9,587 nucleotides of DNA, taken from Candidatus Nanopusillus sp. (GTDB taxonomy: Archaea > Nanobdellota > Nanobdellia > Nanobdellales > Nanobdellaceae). The notes beneath the pieces are model-generated. The model made no database searches. It worked only from the letters and a program-made list of their open reading frames with translations, and was not told the origin of the DNA. The stretch lies in assembly GCA_028275775.1 (NCBI GenBank), contig JAPWTZ010000016.1, forward strand, positions 1 through 9,587. The letters are read 5' to 3'. Position numbers and translations under genes: made by a program. Position 1 is the stretch's first letter. Every line of letters starts with the position of its first letter. Shown here one piece after another: positions 4,168-9,587 of the stretch.

Positions 4168-6032
4168 TTTTTTAATCCCAAATATTTATCTAAACTTTCT
4201 TTAAATTCCTTCCACCATTCAACATAATCTTCATATTTTTCAAATTTCCAATCATTAGAATTTAATTCTTTACACATTGTAGATACAAGATCCATTGCCC
4301 TCTTACTTTCCCATAGAACAGGTTCTGCATTTGCTTTTATTGAATATTCAGCAATCTCTTTATATAGATTTTTATCTAAATCTTTTCCAGTAATTTCTTT
4401 ATATAATTTATCTAATACAGGTTCATAAGCACCTCTATAAAATCTACATATTCCTAAATCTTCAATTAAAGATTCATTTATTGCCCTTCCATATGAAAAT
4501 CTTGCAAAAATTTCTGGTCTTGCAAATGAATTCGAATAATCTGTCCAATATTTTCCCAAAATATACATTGGAGCAACCATTCCTGGACTCCAATATAAAT
4601 TTGGAGTAATATATCCTTCATTTCCAAAAGATGCATATACAACATAATCATTAAATTTATTATCCTTAATCCTTTCCTTATATTTTTCATTTAATATTTT
4701 TGAAGATATTCTTATTCCCTTTTCAGATATTAAAGATAATATTTCATTATTTTTCTTAATTAATCCTTCAATAATTTTTTCTGCAATTTTTGAATTTTTA
4801 TAAGAATCATTTTTTGGATCGAAATTCTCAAAATTAAATATTGGATATTCATTTAATCCAATTTCTTCAGGTTCTAATAATTTATTCTCAATTAAATCAA
4901 ATAACCATGAAATTAAATGTCCAACTTCAATTGCATCCATTCCATATTGATCTACTAAATCTACTAATTTCAATGCTTCTTCAAATATATAATTACCAAT
5001 AAATGGACCTAAAGAATGGAAAGGTTCGTAATCTACTTTTTTACCCTTATATACTTTTTTACATGCTACATTACATAAATCTCCACATGTAAACCATGAT
5101 TTATTTTTTATAAATACTTCTTCCTGGAAAGGTTTCCAAAATAATTCAATAATATTTTCATAATGTTTTCTCCTTAATTCTTTTGGATAATATATTGATT
5201 TATATCCAAATAAAGGCAATAATTCTTTATATAATATATAATTTTCACCAAAAGTTCCTCCAGATCCTGTTTCTGGATCATATCTATATTTCTTTGTCTT
5301 TTCATTAATAACATCTATATATCCTTTTCCAAATTTTTCTAAGAATATTTTATTTATTAATTGAAAATCATTTACCTTTTCATATCTATATTTATAATTT
5401 CCACCAGAAACTATACCTAAAATATTATGACCTTTAAATAATGAAGAACCTGCACCACCCCTTCCAGAAAAATCTTCAGAACCAATTCTAAATTCTCCAT
5501 TAATTATATCAAATGAAAATAAATTCCCATTATATGTATAAATAGATCCTTCTCCAACAACAACTGCCCTTGCATTATAATTTAAAAAGAAATCATTATA
5601 TTTTTCTAATAAATATCTTGAAAATGCATATACACCTTTATAATTTTTATATGAATTTACATAATTTATAGATTCGATTTTTACATTATTTGGAGAAATA
5701 AAAATTACAGAAGGTTCTTTTGAATATCCAATAATTACAATTCCATCAATTCCAGATCCCATAAATTTAAATCCAACACCACCAATTGAAGAAAAATGCA
5801 ATGTTCTTGTTAATGGACTTTTAAATATTGCAACCATTCTATGAACTCCAAATAATCTTCCACCAACAAATGGACCTAAACCAAATATAAAAGGGACTGA
5901 AGGATCATAAATATCTTTTTTCCATGATTCATATTCATTATGTATCTTTACTCCTAAAGAAATAATTCCTTGAGAATCTATATCAGAAATTTTATATTCA
6001 CCCTTATCTAAATTTATAAATAATACCTTCAT
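4164..6032 (-). CDS. Aldehyde:ferredoxin oxidoreductase (AOR) family tungsto/molybdopterin enzyme, most like glyceraldehyde-3-phosphate:ferredoxin oxidoreductase (GAPOR)
   Basis: 622 aa. AOR-family landmarks seen by eye: N-terminal FGLGPFVGG...VAIFKSPLT...GG, GRGGAGSSLFKGHNILGIVSGG, the Cys cluster region TCGDLCNVACKK followed by DYEPFHSLGP, the pterin-binding-type DQYGMDAIEVGHLISW, and the distal EDLGICRFYRG (fourth cluster Cys). The overall length, KYRYDPETGSGGTFGENY and the TCGxxCxxxCKK arrangement match my recollection of Pyrococcus GAPOR better than AOR or FOR. I am more confident of the family than of the GAPOR subtype. Confidence 0.8.
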   Translation of the reverse strand: MKVLFINLDKGEYKISDIDSQGIISLGVKIHNEYESWKKDIYDPSVPFIFGLGPFVGGRLFGVHRMVAIFKSPLTRTLHFSSIGGVGFKFMGSGIDGIVIIGYSKEPSVIFISPNNVKIESINYVNSYKNYKGVYAFSRYLLEKYNDFFLNYNARAVVVGEGSIYTYNGNLFSFDIINGEFRIGSEDFSGRGGAGSSLFKGHNILGIVSGGNYKYRYEKVNDFQLINKIFLEKFGKGYIDVINEKTKKYRYDPETGSGGTFGENYILYKELLPLFGYKSIYYPKELRRKHYENIIELFWKPFQEEVFIKNKSWFTCGDLCNVACKKVYKGKKVDYEPFHSLGPFIGNYIFEEALKLVDLVDQYGMDAIEVGHLISWLFDLIENKLLEPEEIGLNEYPIFNFENFDPKNDSYKNSKIAEKIIEGLIKKNNEILSLISEKGIRISSKILNEKYKERIKDNKFNDYVVYASFGNEGYITPNLYWSPGMVAPMYILGKYWTDYSNSFARPEIFARFSYGRAINESLIEDLGICRFYRGAYEPVLDKLYKEITGKDLDKNLYKEIAEYSIKANAEPVLWESKRAMDLVSTMCKELNSNDWKFEKYEDYVEWWKEFKESLDKYLGLKN

Positions 6033-6043
6033 AAATTAAAAAA

Positions 6044-7045
6044 CTATTTTATTCCTTTTAAAATTTCTGATATTTTTTCTTTAACATATAACCCTTTAGG
6101 TTCACCAAAAGCTTTCTTTGTTATTCTACAAAAGTCACATATATCTTTAGATGTTGGCATTCCACAATATTTACATTTATTTAATTTTATTTCTTCTTTC
6201 TTTTCATAAAATTTAATATTTCTTGCAATAGCTCTTGCTAAAGATATTTTAAATCCAGGATTTTCTTTCTCCATTTTATCCAAAAATTCCCTAATTTTTG
6301 TTTCAATTCTTTTACTACCATATTTAAATGGACATTGATCTTCCAAATATGGAATACCTGATAATTTTGCATATAATTTTGTTTCTTCTTCAGATATTTC
6401 ATATAATGGTCTAATTCTCCCAACTAGAGAATCTATTTTTTCTGTTTTAGGACCTAATTTACTTATTGAATATAAATCCTGTAAAAAGAAATTTTTAATT
6501 ATATAAGGTAATAGATCATCCATATGATGTCCTAAAGCAATATAATCTACATTTAATTCATTTGCAGCAACATTTAATATATATCTCCTTAATAATCCAC
6601 ATATACTACATGCAGGTCTTATATATTTTACTCTATAATTTGGTAATATTTTTGCACCTAATTTTATTAATGTTTCTGGTAAATATGATCCAATAATTTC
6701 TTTAGAATCTAAAATTATAAATTCTGTATTATATTCTTTACTAAAATTCTTTATAGCTTCTAAAGATTTTTTAGAAAAATCATATATTCCTAGATTTATA
6801 TGTAAACCGATTAATTCAAAACCAATTTCATCCTTTATATTTAATAATATATGATATAATGATGTACTATCTTTACCCCCAGAAACTCCTACCAATATTT
6901 TTTGTCCTTTTTTAATTAACTTATATCTTTTAATTGTTTCTAATACTCTTCTTTGTATATATTTTATATAATGATCCTTACATAACCATAATTTTGAATA
7001 TGGAATTTTTATAATTGCATCTTTTTCACAATAAAAGCATTTCAT
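6044..7045 (-). CDS. tRNA 2-thiolation PP-loop ATPase, TtuA / NcsA (Ncs6/Ctu1) family
   Basis: 333 aa. N-terminal zinc finger CFYC-x15-CKDH, PP-loop SGGKDS, [4Fe-4S]/catalytic cysteines in PACSICG and DQCPF, and a C-terminal zinc finger CKYC-x9-CDFC. This domain order is characteristic of TtuA/Ncs6-type tRNA sulfurtransferases. Confidence 0.85.
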   Translation of the reverse strand: MKCFYCEKDAIIKIPYSKLWLCKDHYIKYIQRRVLETIKRYKLIKKGQKILVGVSGGKDSTSLYHILLNIKDEIGFELIGLHINLGIYDFSKKSLEAIKNFSKEYNTEFIILDSKEIIGSYLPETLIKLGAKILPNYRVKYIRPACSICGLLRRYILNVAANELNVDYIALGHHMDDLLPYIIKNFFLQDLYSISKLGPKTEKIDSLVGRIRPLYEISEEETKLYAKLSGIPYLEDQCPFKYGSKRIETKIREFLDKMEKENPGFKISLARAIARNIKFYEKKEEIKLNKCKYCGMPTSKDICDFCRITKKAFGEPKGLYVKEKISEILKGIK

Positions 7046-7081
7046 GAAATAAATAAAAAATAAATACTTAAAAAAATTTAT
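7046..7081. promoter_or_regulatory. 36-nt divergent control region between the tRNA thiolase (-) and the GT-C glycosyltransferase (+)
   Basis: The whole spacer is GAAATAAATAAAAAATAAATACTTAAAAAAATTTAT. It holds A/T-rich TATA-like runs at about -20 to -33 for each start codon (AAATAAAAAATAAATA on the plus strand, AAATTTTTTTAAGT on the minus strand). There is no room for 5' leaders, which implies back-to-back leaderless promoters. Confidence 0.35.
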
Positions 7082-8413
7082 ATGAAAAATTCTCTCATGA
7101 ATAAATATGATTATATTTATATATTTCTTATATCATTTATACCACAATTAATTATTTTATTATTATCTCCTCCAATATTGTTTTGGGATGAATATTCATA
7201 TTTAGATAATGTAAAACATATATTATTAAATACCCCATATTTTGAATATTATAGATTTCCATTATTATGGTGGATATTAATTCCAATTTCTTATATTACA
7301 AATTTCAATATATTTTTTATAAAATTATTTTTAATTTTCATTTTTTCTTTATCAACAGTATTTTTATATAAAATATTGGAAGAATATGATAATAAATATA
7401 TAAACTATATTTTGATTTTATTTTATTCATTAAATGGATTATTTTTAATTTGGGCATCAAGAATTTATCCAGATGTTTTAGCATCTTCTTTATTAATTTT
7501 TTCAATATATTTCTATATAAAATACTTTAAAGATAATAAAGAAAGAAATTTAATTTTATATTCATTATTTTCAGTTCTATCAATTCTTTCAAAATATGAA
7601 TATGGTTTATGGTTAATTTCTTCAATAATTTTTTTAAAAAATAAGGATAAATTAAAAACAATATTATATTCTTTTCTATTTTCAATCCCATATTTTTTAT
7701 ATAACTTAATATTATATCATAATCCAATATTTATATTTATTAAACAGGCTGAAGTTGTCTATGCATATACATCTTATCAACCTCTTTCAATATTTTTATT
7801 CAATTTATTTATATTTTCTTCTGCATATCTTTTTTCTTTATTACAAAACCCAAAGAAAATTGAAAACTATAATAAATCTATATATTTATATATAATATTA
7901 TCAATAATATTTCTTGCATTTTTTGTTAAAGCGAAAGATGCAAGATATATTTTAATGATATTACCCCCATTTTTAATATTAACAAGGATATTTATTAATA
8001 AAATAAAAGGTTTACAATTTCCATATTTATTTTTATTTTCATTATTAAATATTATGTCAATATATTATGGTATAGCATTTTTAATAAATTATAATACAAA
8101 TCTTGGAAATACATATTTAAATTATGTATATAGAGCTTCAGAATACTTAAAACAATATAATCCAAAAGTAATATTAACAAATGTTAATTGGCCAATGGTT
8201 GCATATTATACAAATTCTCAGGTTTATATAATGTATAATGCTACATATTTAATCCCAAGAGTTTATCCCCAATTTATTATATATTCTCCAAATTGTGGAA
8301 CACCTTTTCCATTTAATCCAAATGATTATAATATATCATTAATATATTATTATATAGATCCAAATGATTGCCAAATATATATTTATAAAGTAAATAGTTA
8401 TTTTGTTAAATAA
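7082..8413 (+). CDS. GT-C fold membrane glycosyltransferase (PMT_2 / ArnT-like family), 443 aa
   Basis: About 10 or more hydrophobic segments. It has an acidic first-loop motif FWDEYSYLDN after TM1, then YYRFPLLWW and RIYPDVLASS, in the order seen in ArnT/PMT_2-type lipid-linked-sugar transferases. A C-terminal non-membrane domain carries N-x-S/T sequons. There is no WWDYG motif, so it is not an AglB/STT3 oligosaccharyltransferase. Confidence 0.55.
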   Translation: MKNSLMNKYDYIYIFLISFIPQLIILLLSPPILFWDEYSYLDNVKHILLNTPYFEYYRFPLLWWILIPISYITNFNIFFIKLFLIFIFSLSTVFLYKILEEYDNKYINYILILFYSLNGLFLIWASRIYPDVLASSLLIFSIYFYIKYFKDNKERNLILYSLFSVLSILSKYEYGLWLISSIIFLKNKDKLKTILYSFLFSIPYFLYNLILYHNPIFIFIKQAEVVYAYTSYQPLSIFLFNLFIFSSAYLFSLLQNPKKIENYNKSIYLYIILSIIFLAFFVKAKDARYILMILPPFLILTRIFINKIKGLQFPYLFLFSLLNIMSIYYGIAFLINYNTNLGNTYLNYVYRASEYLKQYNPKVILTNVNWPMVAYYTNSQVYIMYNATYLIPRVYPQFIIYSPNCGTPFPFNPNDYNISLIYYYIDPNDCQIYIYKVNSYFVK

Positions 8414-9057
8414 CCTTCCAATTCATTCAAACTTGCAAATCCTCTAATAGTATATGTTTCATTATATTTATATATAATAATAAATGGCCAGGTAGTAATA
8501 TTATACTTTAAATTATAATAACTTATAAAGTAATTTGGATAACTTGAATCAAAAGAATATATATACAAATTATGCTGATTTTGTACATATAAATATGTTA
8601 AAATATCACCTTCCTGATTACATGCACTTCCACAATATTTATTATTATAGAAATATAATATCAATGTGAAATTTGTTATATTGCAATCTTCTATATATTT
8701 TCTAGTTAATAAAAAGTGTAAATATTCCATATTAAAATATTGAGATTTTAAATATTTTACTTCTTCTTTATTATAATATATATTTTCCTTCGATTCTAAA
8801 TATGTCAATTCCTGCCCAATCTGAGCAATTTGAGATTTCAAATATTCTAAAAAAGATAAATAATTATTACTACACTCTAAACTTTGAGAACTTGCTAAAT
8901 ATTGGGCTGAAATTACCAATGAATTTATTTCATCAATTTGTAATATACTCTGTTGAAATGAATACTGATATAATAAATAACCTAAAATTATTCCTAAGAA
9001 AAAGGATAATATAGATATTATTACTGCTACTATTATTATGTTTCTTGGTTTATCCAT
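8398..9057 (-). CDS. Membrane-anchored (N-terminal TM) extracytoplasmic thioredoxin-fold protein with a C-G-S-A-C (CxxxC) motif, 219 aa
   Basis: A single N-terminal TM (IIIVAVIISILSFFLGIILGYLLY), then a helical/coiled linker, then a C-terminal roughly 95 aa that aligns by eye almost without gaps to E. coli TrxA: LILYFYNNKYCGSACN against ILVDFWAEWCGPCK, NITTWPFIIIY against IRGIPTLLLF (cis-Pro), and RGFASLNELEGYL against VGALSKGQLKEFL. The Cys pair is at nt 8620-8634. Three sequons (NIT, NIT, NET) fit an outside location. Confidence 0.55.
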   Translation of the reverse strand: MDKPRNIIIVAVIISILSFFLGIILGYLLYQYSFQQSILQIDEINSLVISAQYLASSQSLECSNNYLSFLEYLKSQIAQIGQELTYLESKENIYYNKEEVKYLKSQYFNMEYLHFLLTRKYIEDCNITNFTLILYFYNNKYCGSACNQEGDILTYLYVQNQHNLYIYSFDSSYPNYFISYYNLKYNITTWPFIIIYKYNETYTIRGFASLNELEGYLTK

Positions 9058-9587
9058 ATTTTTTATTTAAAAGTTTATTTATTAAACTATTATTCCATAC
9101 AATCCCACCCCATCTTAGATTCTTACCAAACAATTTATAATATACTGCTACAATTATAAAAATTGCATTAAAATATATTGAAAAAATTAGGTATATAATT
9201 GAATAATAAATTATTGATAACCATGATTTTGATTTATCATATCTTCTATATATACTAATAAAAAGAAAGAAATCTATTAACAAGATAATTGAAAATATCA
9301 TTAAAATCAATTGGGATGTAGATAATAATTGAAAGATATATGTATTAATATTAAAAGAAAAATAATTTTTGATGAAATAGGATATATCATAATTTATAGA
9401 AGATAGATATATTAAAAAATTATATAATTGATATCCATATGTATATAATATTACTGAAAATGCTAATGGTATTAAAATATATAAAATTATATTAATACCA
9501 AAAACAACTTCTCTTAAATATTCATTTTCAATATCTCTATATTTCATATAATTTTCAATAAATCCCAATGTCCATCTTACTCTTTGT
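9050..9587 (-). CDS. Cys-free polytopic membrane protein, probably 5'-truncated by the window edge
   Basis: The ORF track starts it at a TTG (9568), but the frame stays open to the last base of the window (...QRVRWT-LGFIENYMKYRD...). I see no convincing TATA upstream of the internal ATG at 9547. The gene therefore probably begins beyond 9587. It has four to five hydrophobic segments. Its stop overlaps the start of the downstream thioredoxin-fold gene (ATGGATAA, 9057..9050), which indicates co-transcription and translational coupling. Confidence 0.6.
   Translation of the reverse strand, partial: QRVRWTLGFIENYMKYRDIENEYLREVVFGINIILYILIPLAFSVILYTYGYQLYNFLIYLSSINYDISYFIKNYFSFNINTYIFQLLSTSQLILMIFSIILLIDFFLFISIYRRYDKSKSWLSIIYYSIIYLIFSIYFNAIFIIVAVYYKLFGKNLRWGGIVWNNSLINKLLNKKYG

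Noticed and set aside
7082-8413. Identification of the 443-aa membrane protein as the AglB/STT3 oligosaccharyltransferase
   Set aside because: There is no WWDYG motif (the only WW is in PLLWWILIP). The protein is much shorter than AglB. Its layout fits PMT_2/ArnT-like GT-C enzymes better.
1-9587. tRNA, rRNA, split-tRNA halves, CRISPR arrays, IS elements, integrases
   Set aside because: In a genome this AT-rich, structured RNAs should stand out as short GC-rich islands. None exists outside the S-layer CDS, and all spacers are almost pure A/T. There are no regularly spaced direct repeats and no transposase- or integrase-like ORFs. The only repeats are the two blocks shared by the tandem paralogs.
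9050-9587. The coupled membrane protein as a DsbB/VKOR-type redox partner of the thioredoxin-fold protein
   Set aside because: The visible 179 residues contain no cysteine, which rules out a quinone-linked disulfide relay, at least for the part inside the window.

Overview
Extremely AT-rich, very tightly packed window. I hand-counted three 60-nt lines: 8/60 G+C at 7081-7140, against 19/60 and 24/60 within 1-510. Overall G+C was not computed. The gene content and signals look archaeal: TATA-like boxes about 25 nt upstream of start codons, no Shine-Dalgarno sequences, an S-layer protein, an AOR-family enzyme, a TtuA/Ncs6-type tRNA thiolase and an Lhr-type helicase fragment. The combination of about 20-25% G+C, minimal intergenic space and a helicase encoded as a stand-alone C-terminal half suggests a reduced DPANN/Nanoarchaeota-like genome. 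That placement is inference only.

I support 11 CDSs, 9 complete and 2 cut by the window edges:
- a 5'-partial view of an S-layer precursor gene (1-510, minus strand), which is absent from the supplied ORF track
- two tandem paralogous polytopic membrane proteins
- the C-terminal half of an Lhr helicase
- a 151-aa orphan
- a GAPOR-like tungsto/molybdopterin oxidoreductase
- a TtuA/NcsA-type PP-loop tRNA 2-thiolase
- a GT-C (PMT_2/ArnT-like) membrane glycosyltransferase
- a membrane-anchored thioredoxin-fold protein with a CxxxC motif
- a Cys-free polytopic membrane protein that runs off the right edge

I found no rRNA, tRNA, split-tRNA halves, CRISPR array or mobile element.

The most interesting signals are:
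- the tandem membrane-protein pair, where sharp-edged blocks of identical nucleotides sit inside otherwise saturated divergence and the central segment cannot be aligned, directly beside the S-layer gene
- the split Lhr helicase
- an envelope-directed three-gene module (GT-C, CxxxC thioredoxin-fold protein, translationally coupled membrane protein)

All family assignments come from motifs I recognise by eye. No database search was possible.
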